Below, piece after piece: positions 27,177-35,722 of a DNA stretch of 55,433 nucleotides. Numbering within the stretch: position 1 is the stretch's first letter; each line of letters starts with the position of its first letter. The position numbers and the translations under genes are program-made. A model generated the notes under the pieces. It searched no databases. It was not told the DNA's origin and was given only the letters and a program-made list of their open reading frames with translations. This DNA is from an uncultured Polyangiaceae bacterium (GTDB lineage Bacteria > Desulfobacterota > Binatia > UTPRO1), in contig CAZWAX010000003.1 of the NCBI GenBank assembly GCA_964631985.1, positions 1 through 55,433 on the forward strand. Reading direction: 5' to 3'.

Positions 27177-27926
27177 TCAGATCGCACAAGGCAGGGGTCG
27201 GAGTTGCTCAGTCGGCCTCGCCAGCCCGGCGAGCACGATCTGTACGACGGTCTTCATGAAGATGACGCCGATGTGGCTCGCCAACGTCTCGTCTCGACGG
27301 GGCACGGTGCTCAGCACTACGTTGCTCGCCCCCGGGATCGTACATACCGCGGGAGGTGCGACGAGATCGTGCGGCGAAGAGATGGTCGTGATCCGGCCTG
27401 CGTGCGGCCGAAGACCGGCCTGTAAGATTTCCGTGTCGCTGGCGTGAACGTCGAGTACGCGTTCGGCCAGGCGCTGCAGCGGACGCCAGGGCGTGCCGCC
27501 GACGATTGGGCTCGCCACGGTGATCACATGCGAGACCGCGTCGGGACACTCGACGAGCAATGCGGCCGCTTGTAAGCCACCGAGCGAGTGGCCGACCACG
27601 CGGATCGGCTCGCCGGTGGTGTCCCGCAACCGCCGGACCCGATCTACCAACGCCGCGACGTGGGGCTTGAACGCTTGGGCGTTGAAGACCTCGTCATAGT
27701 GGACCGAGTATCCTTGCTGTCCAAGGATCCGACCAAACGGCGCGTAATAGTACGGGTGGCTGAGGAATCCGCCCAGGATCAGGACGGGAGCCGCGTCTGG
27801 CCCCGGGCTCGCGGGGCCGCGGGTGGCCTCAGTATCCTGGAGCGCGTTCAGACAGATCCAGGGTGATCGCGTGGCTTCGCGATAGATCACTTGCAGTGCA
27901 TCGGTCAGTGCGCGAGTCGCGAGCAT
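27177..27926 (-). CDS. Alpha/beta-hydrolase, lipase/esterase-like
   Basis: 249 aa. Nucleophile elbow VVGHSLGG. PVLILGGF...YY pattern of small lipase/PGAP1-like hydrolases. Confidence 0.65.
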   Translation of the reverse strand: MLATRALTDALQVIYREATRSPWICLNALQDTEATRGPASPGPDAAPVLILGGFLSHPYYYAPFGRILGQQGYSVHYDEVFNAQAFKPHVAALVDRVRRLRDTTGEPIRVVGHSLGGLQAAALLVECPDAVSHVITVASPIVGGTPWRPLQRLAERVLDVHASDTEILQAGLRPHAGRITTISSPHDLVAPPAVCTIPGASNVVLSTVPRRDETLASHIGVIFMKTVVQIVLAGLARPTEQLRPLPCAI

Positions 27927-28113
27927 TCCGCCAGTCCCTACGACACATCAGCAACCGATATGCCGGGCGGATTCGGCTCAGGAGCGCCCTAGTTTCAGGG
28001 ACTTGGTTGCTTCCGACGGATCGATGCGCGGCTCGGGGTGTCATCGGCGTCACGATTGCGACACATTCGGTCGCCTTATCGCGCGCAGCGCGGGGGTGTA
28101 GGGGCGGAGGCCG

Positions 28114-29112
28114 TCAGCCGAGGAAGTTCCACTTTGCCATCTTCCAGACGTCGCGACGGCTCTCGCCGAGCTTTCGCACCACGGACGCTTCGAATCCGCT
28201 GTGCATCAAACAGTCCTGGCAGCGGTGGTCTTGGCGGCTCTCCCAGTACGACCAATCGACGCCGTTCCAGAAGGCGTCCCACGTCTCGAAATACTTTTCG
28301 CCGATCAGATAACAGGGGCCCTTCCACCCTTTGGGGGTGCGGGTGACGTTACCCCACGGGGTGCAGGGGTAGTCGCGAAGACCGGCAGCGAACTCGAGGA
28401 AGAGCGGGGTCGAATAGAATCGGTACTGCTTGGAGAGCTCGAGCACACGCTTGAACTTGGTGTTGACCTCGTGCCGGTAGAGGAAGTGCTTCTCCGGCAG
28501 CACCTCGTAATGGTAGCCGGGTGACAGCAGCATGCCGTCGACGCCTATACCGTCGAGCAACTCCAGCATCTGCTCGATCTCTTCCATCGAGGTCTCGCGA
28601 TAGATCGTCGTATTGGTGCAGACGCGATAGCCGAGCGACTTCCCGAGCTTGATCATTTCGATGGCTTTGTCGAAGACACCCGTGCGATCGACGATCAAGT
28701 CGTGCGTCTGCGCCATCCCGTCGAGATGGACGTTGACCGACAGGCGGTCGTGCGGCGTGTTCTTCTTGAAGAAGCGATCGAGTAGGATGCCGTTGGTGCA
28801 GAGATAGATGTGGCGTTTGCGCTCGATGATGCCGGAGATGAGCTCGGTCAGCTCCGGATAGATCGTCGGCTCGCCCCCACAGATGGACACCACGGGTGCC
28901 CCGGACTCGTCGACGGCTTGCAGACATTCGGCGAGCGACATCCGGTCCTTCAAGTCCCCATTGTACCGCTCCGGTGAGCAGCCGAGGCACGCCAGGTTGC
29001 ACGTGTGTAATGGCTCGAGCATCAGAACGACGGGGAAGCGGGTATTGCCCTTCAGCCAATTCTTGGCCTGCCACTTCAACATGTCGCTCGTGATGTGCGC
29101 GGGAAACCGCAT
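28114..29112 (-). CDS. hpnH: Adenosyl-hopene transferase (hopanoid radical-SAM protein HpnH)
   Basis: The ATG at 29112 gives MRFPAHITSDMLKW... MLEPLHTCNLACLGCSPE radical-SAM site. ICGGEPTIYPEL, YLCTNGILL, LSPGYHYE, YPCTPWG, GWKGPCYL and CQDCLMHSGFE follow the HpnH pattern along the full length. Confidence 0.85.
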   Translation of the reverse strand: MRFPAHITSDMLKWQAKNWLKGNTRFPVVLMLEPLHTCNLACLGCSPERYNGDLKDRMSLAECLQAVDESGAPVVSICGGEPTIYPELTELISGIIERKRHIYLCTNGILLDRFFKKNTPHDRLSVNVHLDGMAQTHDLIVDRTGVFDKAIEMIKLGKSLGYRVCTNTTIYRETSMEEIEQMLELLDGIGVDGMLLSPGYHYEVLPEKHFLYRHEVNTKFKRVLELSKQYRFYSTPLFLEFAAGLRDYPCTPWGNVTRTPKGWKGPCYLIGEKYFETWDAFWNGVDWSYWESRQDHRCQDCLMHSGFEASVVRKLGESRRDVWKMAKWNFLG

Positions 29113-29219
29113 CGAGACCCCCTCCCCCAGAAGAACGGCGGCTCTAACCGGCCGGTCAGGCGGCGGACTATACGGTCCGTCGTGGAGGGAGGCAAGACGA
29201 AGGACCGTGCGTGGGTTAC

Positions 29220-29957
29220 TCAGAGTCGAGGCAAAACGGCGCGCATCAGCCGGGTCAAGGCACGTGAGGCCGTCGGGATCTGTCGCATCAGTCCGACGAC
29301 GGTGGGCCAGCTTCTCGGCCGCCCGGCGAGTTGCGCCCGCGCCCGCCAACTCGAGTCGAGGTTGGGCGGCAGGCCCTCGACCGAGACGTCGGCGGTGTCC
29401 AGGATCACGCGGAGCGCTAGGACCCCGACCCCACGCTCTTCAGCAACGGAGATCAATCCCGCGGCTTCCATCTCGACGGCGACGGCGCCGGTTCGCTCGG
29501 CGGCGGCTTGCTTGTCCGCGGTCGACGCGATGACCGTTGCCGACGAGAGCAAGGCTCCGTGCAGCACACGCGTCCCGAGGTCATCGGGTATGTGAGCCTT
29601 CGCCGCACCCCAGGCTCCCGTTGGGATGCCGTATTGCCGCAGGCCGGAGACCTCCTCCCACAGTACGGTCGTCGGCAGCACGACGTCGCCGGGAGCCGTG
29701 TCCGGGACCAGGGCGCCGGCGAACCCGACGGAGATCACCAGCGCAGGGGGAGAAAGGACGACGTTCAGGGCTCGGCCGGCGCGCTCCCGACCGATGCCGG
29801 CTTGGATGAGCCGGATTGGACGGCCCTCGGCGTCTGCCTCCCATGCGCGCCAACCGGCGATGGGGAAACGTCGCGCGCGTCGGAGGGCGGCGAGGACGGC
29901 ACGGGTCTCTGCCGCAACCGCCGTGACGATCACGAGCGGCGCATGGTCGATGCTCAC
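29220..29957 (-). CDS. hpnG: Hopanoid-associated nucleosidase/phosphorylase HpnG (PNP_UDP fold)
   Basis: The GTG at 29957 overlaps the upstream TGA (GTGA). VIVTAVAAETRA, IQAGIGRERA, SVGFAGAL and AVAVEMEAAG motifs of MTA/SAH-nucleosidase-like enzymes. Lies adjacent to hpnH. Confidence 0.72.
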   Translation of the reverse strand: MSIDHAPLVIVTAVAAETRAVLAALRRARRFPIAGWRAWEADAEGRPIRLIQAGIGRERAGRALNVVLSPPALVISVGFAGALVPDTAPGDVVLPTTVLWEEVSGLRQYGIPTGAWGAAKAHIPDDLGTRVLHGALLSSATVIASTADKQAAAERTGAVAVEMEAAGLISVAEERGVGVLALRVILDTADVSVEGLPPNLDSSWRARAQLAGRPRSWPTVVGLMRQIPTASRALTRLMRAVLPRL

Positions 29958-30811
29958 GTGGAGCCGAGCGTGACGACGCCGGGATAGTCTCGCACGTGCG
30001 CGGCCACGTCCGCGTCTGTCGCTCGTCGTCGCACGTCGAAGAGGTGAACCAAGAACAGCACGACGATCGGGACATACATCATGATGCCGACCACGCCGAG
30101 CAAGGTCTCGCCGATCCAGAACGTGAGTGTGAGGTTGAACGCCAGGATCCCGATATACACGCCGGGCTCCAGGAGACCGCTGCAGGGCACGTGGCGTGCT
30201 CCCACGCGAGGATGGCGTGCTCCGTGGCGGCGCTCCCACAGCTGAAAGAATCGGGTCGTGATCGTGCCGACCAGGAACCATCCAACGAAGTTGCTGAGCG
30301 GGACCCCGAAGTAGATGCCGCCTTCGGGATAGTAGTACATGCGGCCGAGGAACCAGCGATCGCCGTGTATCGTCAAGGGATCGATGACGACGTCGAGCCA
30401 CGTCATCATCAGCGCACCGCTCAGGCAGACCCGCCACGAAGTTGCCGTCGCACGTGTCTCGACGACCTGGACGTCGCCGCGACGGACCAGAATCGGCGCG
30501 TGCAAGAGCACGCCGAGCCGCCACCCGAGATAGCAGAGAAACGTGAACGACAGAGAGTCCCAGAACGGGACGTTGCTGATCCAGAGCTCGCGGTCACGAG
30601 TCACGTCGATGTAGTGGTACAGCCCGAACGGGATGCCGTTCCGCGTGGACGAGAACTCGGCGGCGAACGCGACGCAGTACGCGATGACGGAGAACAAAAT
30701 CGTCCGTCGCCATCCCATGCGGGTCACGGCGGCAACCAGGTACACGGCGAAGAACACGAAGACGTACGGCCGGAGGACGATCATGCCGAGGATGCGACCG
30801 AGCAAGTCCAT
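29954..30811 (-). CDS. DUF422 'carotenoid biosynthesis protein' family polytopic membrane protein
   Basis: 285 aa with about 7 hydrophobic helices. AAEFSSTRNGIPFGLYHY and VPLSNFVGWFLVG resemble the CruF/DUF422 family from memory. Its stop overlaps the hpnG start. Confidence 0.6.
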   Translation of the reverse strand: MDLLGRILGMIVLRPYVFVFFAVYLVAAVTRMGWRRTILFSVIAYCVAFAAEFSSTRNGIPFGLYHYIDVTRDRELWISNVPFWDSLSFTFLCYLGWRLGVLLHAPILVRRGDVQVVETRATATSWRVCLSGALMMTWLDVVIDPLTIHGDRWFLGRMYYYPEGGIYFGVPLSNFVGWFLVGTITTRFFQLWERRHGARHPRVGARHVPCSGLLEPGVYIGILAFNLTLTFWIGETLLGVVGIMMYVPIVVLFLVHLFDVRRRATDADVAAHVRDYPGVVTLGST

Positions 30812-30904
30812 GGATCATCACCGCCGAGGCGTCACGGGCGAGAAGAGCGGACGCCCTCCTAGCGTGCGTGTGTCGACCCGGCAAGCGCACGTGGGATGGT
30901 GGGC

Positions 30905-31399
30905 ATGAGGACGGTCGTGCAGCGTGTCCGTGAGGCGGAAGTGTCGGTCGACGGCGGATCAGTCGAGCGCATCGGCCGAGGCTTGGTGATCCTCGTCGGT
31001 ATCGCCCGCGGTGACGGTTCTGACGAGGCCGCGTGGATGGCACGCAAGATCGCCGCATTGAGAGTCTTCGACGACGAGGCGACGGGATCGCAGCTGAGCG
31101 TGGTCGAGGCGCGCGCGGAGGTGCTCGCGATCTCGCAGTTCACGCTGCTGGCGGACTGTGGCAAGGGCCGTCGCCCGTCGTACGACGACGCCATGCCGGC
31201 TGAGGCCGCGCTCGGGCTCTTCGAGCGATTCGTGGAGGAGCTCGACGCGATCGTCGGTGTCGTCGCGACAGGGCGTTTCGGTGCCGACATGGCGGTTCGC
31301 CTGGTGAACGACGGTCCATTCACGCTGGTGATTGACTCACGGCGAGAACGCGAGCCGAAGAGTCAAAAATCTGACCAGAATCAGCCACTTCCGTCTTGA
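30905..31399 (+). CDS. dtd: D-aminoacyl-tRNA deacylase
   Basis: MRTVVQRV start, then GLVILVG, SQFTL and NDGPFT motifs. About 20 extra C-terminal residues. Confidence 0.9.
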   Translation: MRTVVQRVREAEVSVDGGSVERIGRGLVILVGIARGDGSDEAAWMARKIAALRVFDDEATGSQLSVVEARAEVLAISQFTLLADCGKGRRPSYDDAMPAEAALGLFERFVEELDAIVGVVATGRFGADMAVRLVNDGPFTLVIDSRREREPKSQKSDQNQPLPS

Positions 31400-31492
31400 C
31401 ACCGTTGCAACCGCGTCTGCATATGGAGAGCAATTCCCCTGCCGCACAAACCGCACACGCTGAACCGGAGGCAGTTGGGTCGAGGAGGTGGC

Positions 31493-33478
31493 ATGTTCGG
31501 TTCGTTCACAAGCAAGCCGGCCGTCACGGTCGTCACCATGGCGGTTGCGATCGTGCTCCACGCAACGCCGGCTGGGGCCGAAGCGGTGAAATGCAAGGCG
31601 GCCATCGTCAAGGCCAACGCGGCGTTCGTTCAAGCCAAGGCGAAGGCGCTCGCGAAGTGCGAGGAAGCCATGATCAAGGGCAACTTGCCCGCCGGCGACT
31701 GCCATGCGGACGCCAAGGCCGCGCCGGCGATCGCCAAGGCGGGCGCCAAGCTGACCTCGTCGATCGCCAAGGCGTGTGGCGGCAAGGACAAGATCTGTGG
31801 CACCGCCGACGACGACACGCTTGTGAGCATCGGATGGAACATCGCCTGCCCGAACTTCGAGAACGGCGCGTGCACCGGAGCGATCGCCAGCTGTGCCGAT
31901 ATCGCGACCTGCCTGTCGTGCATCGGCGAGGCAGTCACCGATCGCGCCGTCGGCATCTCCTACGACACGCTGATTCCGAGCGACCCCAAGGCGCAGAAGG
32001 AGCTCAACAAGTGTCAGGGCGCGATCGGCAAGGCGACCACGGCCTTCTTCGTTGCCAAGTCCAAGGCGCTCGCGAAGTGCTGGGGCAAGGTCAACGCGAA
32101 CAAGGCGACGAACCCCTGCCCCGTGCCGGGGGACGGGAAGGCGGCGACCGCGATCGCCAAGGCAGAGACGAAGAAGCGTGCGACGATCTGCAAGGCGTGT
32201 GGTGGAGCCGACAAGCTCTGCAACGGCGTGGGCGATGTGACGCCCGCGGCCATAGGCTTCCCGGCGCAATGCCCGTCGGCGACGATCCCGAATGGAGCGG
32301 CGTGTGATGGAGCCGTCACCGCGCTCGCGGACCTCGTCGACTGCGTCGACTGCATCAACGAGTACGCCGTCGACTGCACCGACCGGAGCGGCGTGCCGGC
32401 GTTCGTGTCGCCGTATCCTCCGGAGTGCAATCCGGTCGTCGGACCGACGCCCACCGCGACATTGACGCCGACGGCGACGCCGACCCTCACGGCGACCCCC
32501 ACGCTCACGGCAACGGCAACACCCACCGAGAGTCCGACCCCGACCGAGACCGAGTCGGCGACGCCCACGGAATCGCCGACTCCCACGGAGTCGCCCACGC
32601 CGACCGCTACCTCCACCGAGCCGACCCCGACGCCGACCGAGACCGAGTCGCCCACGCCGACCGAGTCACCGACCCCGACTGTCACGGCGACGGCGACGGC
32701 GACGCCGACCCCGACCGCGACCGTGACGGAAACGCCGACGCCCACAGCGACCGAGACCCCGACCGAGTCGCCCACGCCGACGGCCACAGAAACCCCGACG
32801 GAGACTCCGACGCCGACGGCTACGGAAACCGAAACGCCGACCCCGACCGCGACGGCAACCGCGACGGAGACCCCGACGCCCACTCCGACGGCGACGACGC
32901 CACCGCTCACAGACGTCATCACGAGCACCCCGACGCTCGGTGACTATTGGGGGATCGATCCTCTGAGCCTGCCGCAGGATCCGTCGAACGTTCTGCCGCG
33001 GCAGCGAGTGAGCAATGCGGATCCGCTGACCATCGCAGAGCTCGGCCTCTGCCTCGGCCTGCAGGATGGAACCGAGATGGGAAGCATCCATTTCGAGATC
33101 TGGACCGATCAAGTGGGTGGCTGCACCAACGGCGAGCCATTCTGTGCCGGCATCAAGCTCGGTGGGGACTCCGACGACTTCGTGGTCGACGGATTGGAGA
33201 CCCTGACTCCGACCGGTGCCTGCGGCTCAGGTGGCAACGGCGAGGTGGTCACGATCACGTGGACCTCGAACAAACCGGCGCCCACGGCAAACTTCTGGAT
33301 CGTCGGCGTGAACAACGCTGCGGGTGGGATCGCCACCGGACAGGTCCGTTGGGGAGCGTCCGCCGTTGGAACCGTGGACAGCCACGCTGATACGAGCTTC
33401 GACTCGTGGAAGAACGCCGACTCGGGCGGTCCCGTCGACAACGACAACGACTTCTACTTCGTCGTGCGGAGCGAGTAG
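31493..33478 (+). CDS. Secreted modular protein: 2 x Cys-rich repeat, ~155-aa Pro/Thr linker, unknown C-terminal domain
   Basis: ATG at 31493 after GAGGAGG, with signal peptide ...ATPAGA|EA. Two ~140-aa repeats share Cys spacing (KC-x21-KC ... KACGG.DK(I/L)CG ... CP ... C ... CxxCI). Then (T/E/S/A-P-T)n, then a ~180-aa domain with no recognisable motif. Confidence 0.7.
   Translation: MFGSFTSKPAVTVVTMAVAIVLHATPAGAEAVKCKAAIVKANAAFVQAKAKALAKCEEAMIKGNLPAGDCHADAKAAPAIAKAGAKLTSSIAKACGGKDKICGTADDDTLVSIGWNIACPNFENGACTGAIASCADIATCLSCIGEAVTDRAVGISYDTLIPSDPKAQKELNKCQGAIGKATTAFFVAKSKALAKCWGKVNANKATNPCPVPGDGKAATAIAKAETKKRATICKACGGADKLCNGVGDVTPAAIGFPAQCPSATIPNGAACDGAVTALADLVDCVDCINEYAVDCTDRSGVPAFVSPYPPECNPVVGPTPTATLTPTATPTLTATPTLTATATPTESPTPTETESATPTESPTPTESPTPTATSTEPTPTPTETESPTPTESPTPTVTATATATPTPTATVTETPTPTATETPTESPTPTATETPTETPTPTATETETPTPTATATATETPTPTPTATTPPLTDVITSTPTLGDYWGIDPLSLPQDPSNVLPRQRVSNADPLTIAELGLCLGLQDGTEMGSIHFEIWTDQVGGCTNGEPFCAGIKLGGDSDDFVVDGLETLTPTGACGSGGNGEVVTITWTSNKPAPTANFWIVGVNNAAGGIATGQVRWGASAVGTVDSHADTSFDSWKNADSGGPVDNDNDFYFVVRSE
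32441..32905 (+). repeat. Low-complexity tandem-repeat DNA encoding the Pro/Thr(/Glu/Ser/Ala) linker
   Basis: Continuous ACN-CCN / GAG-(T/A)CN-CCG-ACN iterations (e.g. gagtcgcccacgccgacc recurs several times). The antisense frame reads (VG)n. Confidence 0.85.
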
Positions 33479-33505
33479 CGGCTCGTGGCTCCTGAAACGC
33501 TTGCA

Positions 33506-33548
33506 ACGACGACGACCGGACGGGACCTTCCCGCCCGGTCGTCGTCGT
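33506..33548. terminator. Strong GC-rich hairpin between convergent genes (putative bidirectional terminator)
   Basis: Perfect 14-bp stem ACGACGACGACCGG / CCGGTCGTCGTCGT (33506-33519 with 33535-33548) plus an inner 5-bp stem CGGGA/TCCCG. No U-tract. Confidence 0.5.
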
Positions 33549-33563
33549 CGTGAGGAGGCCGTC

Positions 33564-33872
33564 CTATTGCTTGGCGGCGACCGGCGCCTCGCTGACCATC
33601 AAATTGGGGCGGAGGGATTCGAACGTCTTGTCGCCGATCCCCTTGACCTTTTTCAGATCCTCGATGCTCCGGAACGGGTCGACGGCACGGTGTTCGACGA
33701 TCGCTTTCGCCTTGGAGTCGCCGATCCCAGGCAGGGTGGCGAGCTCGGCGGCCGAGGCGGTGTTGATGTCGATGCGACCCTCGACGCCGGCGCCGGCCGG
33801 AACGAGCCCGGCTGCTCCGAGGAGGAACGTGACGGCGAGGACGAGAATCCAGGGACGGATGCGTGACTGCAT
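33564..33872 (-). CDS. ComEA-like helix-hairpin-helix DNA-binding protein (secreted)
   Basis: 102 aa with a signal peptide, then IDINTASAAELATLPGIGDSKAKAIVEHR....F.SIEDLKKVKGIG.KTFE.L. Confidence 0.8.
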   Translation of the reverse strand: MQSRIRPWILVLAVTFLLGAAGLVPAGAGVEGRIDINTASAAELATLPGIGDSKAKAIVEHRAVDPFRSIEDLKKVKGIGDKTFESLRPNLMVSEAPVAAKQ

Positions 33873-33928
33873 GGCGAATCCTTTCTGCGAGGAGGAGAAC
33901 CTGGGGGTTCGCGGTCTCGAGTCGGTTC

Positions 33929-35185
33929 CTAGTCGGATCGGGCTGTGAGGGGTGTTCGCGGCGATGCCGCGCGTGTCGACATCGCTCCCCGCACGAGCGT
34001 GTCATTCAACCCCAACCGGCCAGACCAATAGCGAAACTTGCGAAGCGCGAGGTTGCGTCGGCCGTCGGTGAGCACGGCAGCGTCGGAACGTTCCTCGCCA
34101 GGAGAAAGGTGAAAGCCAAGCAGGATGCCGGCCGCCGTCTTGTTCCCGGCCGCGGCCTCGAACGCGTCGCGCAACAGCTGGCGCTGCATGCGAGCCGTGA
34201 CGGCATGGAAGTCGGTCTGGTCGGGTGGCGCCGGGCATGCCAGCGCCGTGCTCGGCTCCGCCACCATGCCGAGCTCAGGCAGGCGATGCTCGGTCGCACC
34301 TCCCGGCGCACGTTCGAAGCGCCTCAGGACGTCCTGCACGGCGGCGAGATCCAGAGTGTCGGGCTGAAGCCGCAGCGCCATGCGCAGCGCGGTCTGTAGT
34401 TGTCGAACGTTTCCGGGCCAGTGGTAGGCGGTCAGGAGCACCGTGGCCGCCGGGTCGATACGTGGCACCTGACCGCCGGGAGCGGCCGCAAGATACTGTC
34501 GCGTGAGCACGAGGATGTCTTCGGGGCGCTCTCGAAGCGGTGGGATGAGGAGACAGCCGTCGCGGATCAGCCGATAGTAGAGATCGTGTCGGAAGGCTCC
34601 GGCGGCGGCGAGCGCCGCCAGATCCTCGTGCGCTGCGGCGATGACCGCCACGTCGACGGTGATGCCGCGACTCCCGCCGACCCGACGAAAGGCCTTTCCC
34701 TCGATGACGCGCAAGACCTTGGCCTGATGCTCACGGCGCATGGCGGCGATCTCGTCGAAGAAGATCGTGCCGCCGTGGCCGCGCTCGAGAGCGCCGGCTT
34801 TGTCGAGAGCCCCGGGAAACGCTCCGCGGGCCGTGCCGAAGAGCTCGCTCTCGAGATGATCCTCCGGGACGGCCGGACAGTCGAAGACCTCGTAGGGACC
34901 GAGCGCGCGCGTCGAGGCTTGGCGGAGGGCCTCGGTGACGATCTCTTTGCCCACGCCCGACTCGCCCTGGACGAGCACGGCGCGGAAGCCGGTGCGTCCG
35001 AGCGCGCGGACCTCCGCGCGAAGCTTCCGGATGGCGGTCGAGGTTCCGGCAAGACCGAAGGTTGCCGTGACGTCGAGCGCCGCGCGCTCCCGGTCCTCGT
35101 CTGCCGCCACCAGTGCCGCCGTCACGCGCGCAGTCTTGCGACCGCTCGTGCCGCCAGTCAATCGAGGGGCCGCATTCTCCGTCAC
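33929..35185 (-). CDS. Sigma-54-dependent transcriptional activator (bEBP) lacking an N-terminal sensory domain
   Basis: GTG start. AAA+ core with VLVQGESGVGKE (Walker A) and TIFFDEI (Walker B). The sigma-54 contact loop reads GAFPGA instead of GAFTGA. WPGNVRQL is present, with a C-terminal Fis-type HTH (AGNKTAAGILLGF). Only about 50 aa precede the AAA+ domain. Confidence 0.85.
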   Translation of the reverse strand: MTENAAPRLTGGTSGRKTARVTAALVAADEDRERAALDVTATFGLAGTSTAIRKLRAEVRALGRTGFRAVLVQGESGVGKEIVTEALRQASTRALGPYEVFDCPAVPEDHLESELFGTARGAFPGALDKAGALERGHGGTIFFDEIAAMRREHQAKVLRVIEGKAFRRVGGSRGITVDVAVIAAAHEDLAALAAAGAFRHDLYYRLIRDGCLLIPPLRERPEDILVLTRQYLAAAPGGQVPRIDPAATVLLTAYHWPGNVRQLQTALRMALRLQPDTLDLAAVQDVLRRFERAPGGATEHRLPELGMVAEPSTALACPAPPDQTDFHAVTARMQRQLLRDAFEAAAGNKTAAGILLGFHLSPGEERSDAAVLTDGRRNLALRKFRYWSGRLGLNDTLVRGAMSTRAASPRTPLTARSD

Positions 35186-35265
35186 CGCATGACCGAGTCG
35201 TCATAGTGGCGCTGGACGGCGGGCGCGGCTACGCGTACACCCCAAGCGACGTCACGGGAGGGTGC

Positions 35266-35502
35266 ATGAGCAACGACTTGGAACGCGATCTCGACGGCCA
35301 GATCCGTATGACGCACGAACGTTTCACGAGCGCCATGAACGGGCGCTTGGCGATCATGACCATCGAACAGAAAGAGCGCTACTTTGCCGTCCTGTCCGGA
35401 CTGGTGGGGCGGCTCGAGGATGTCGACAAGCCGCTGAAGACGATCCTGCAGGAGATGATGGCGGAAGCGGCCCCCTATCTCTTTCGGGAGATCAACGGCT
35501 GA
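35266..35502 (+). CDS. Hypothetical 78-aa helical protein
   Basis: ATG at 35266 after GGGAGG, divergent from the bEBP. MSNDLERDLDGQIRMTHERF...LQEMMAEAAPYLFREING. No recognisable family. Confidence 0.45.
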   Translation: MSNDLERDLDGQIRMTHERFTSAMNGRLAIMTIEQKERYFAVLSGLVGRLEDVDKPLKTILQEMMAEAAPYLFREING

Positions 35503-35722
35503 GCGGCGCTCCAACTCGGTCGGTAGCATCACAGAGGAGTGCGATCTCCAGGGCGACGCGCTCGGCGGGCTCACCGATGCAGTGGAGCTTGTGCTCTCGG
35601 AGCTCCTCGACGAGGTTCGTGGGAAGTGTGACGCGACCGTGCCGCTTCCCATTGTGATAGGCGGTGATCGCCGCGGCGGTCAGGAAGATGACGGCTGTGA
35701 GCGTCGCAAGGGCGATCGTCAT
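35492..35722 (-). CDS. Small N-terminally membrane-anchored protein, paralogue B (HKLHCIG motif)
   Basis: 76 aa. The ATG overlaps the upstream TGA (ATGA at 35719-35722). TM IALATLTAVIFLTAAAITAY, then NGKRHG...EHKLHCIGEPAERV. Confidence 0.45.
   Translation of the reverse strand: MTIALATLTAVIFLTAAAITAYHNGKRHGRVTLPTNLVEELREHKLHCIGEPAERVALEIALLCDATDRVGAPLSR

Noticed and set aside
31396-31424. TTGACA-N17/18-(g)CATAT(g) as promoter of the Cys-rich protein gene
   Set aside because: The -35 is perfect, but the -10 is poor (3/6, lacking the final T) and the element overlaps the dtd stop. This is too weak to list as a feature.
31337-32307. ORFs 31337..32269 (-) and 31396..32307 (+) overlapping the Cys-rich gene
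   Set aside because: They are Arg/Gly/Asp-rich junk translations. The alternative frame has a strong RBS, a signal peptide and an internally duplicated Cys pattern.
32441-32905. Short periodic repeats considered as a CRISPR-like array
   Set aside because: The units are 6-18 nt, contiguous with no spacers, in frame within a CDS, and encode a Pro/Thr linker.
32014-32928. 304-aa minus-strand ORF of (VGVG)n and other overlapping ORFs across the Pro/Thr repeat (e.g. 32425..32943, 32666..33112)
   Set aside because: All are by-products of the ACN-CCN repeat being open in several frames. Only the frame continuous with the signal peptide and Cys modules is credible.
35203-35222. TGGCGC...GGC string upstream of the 78-aa ORF, considered as a sigma-54 promoter for the adjacent bEBP
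   Set aside because: The GG-to-GC spacing is one nucleotide short of the strict -24/-12 spacing, and the -12 element lacks TGC. It is indistinguishable from GC-rich background.
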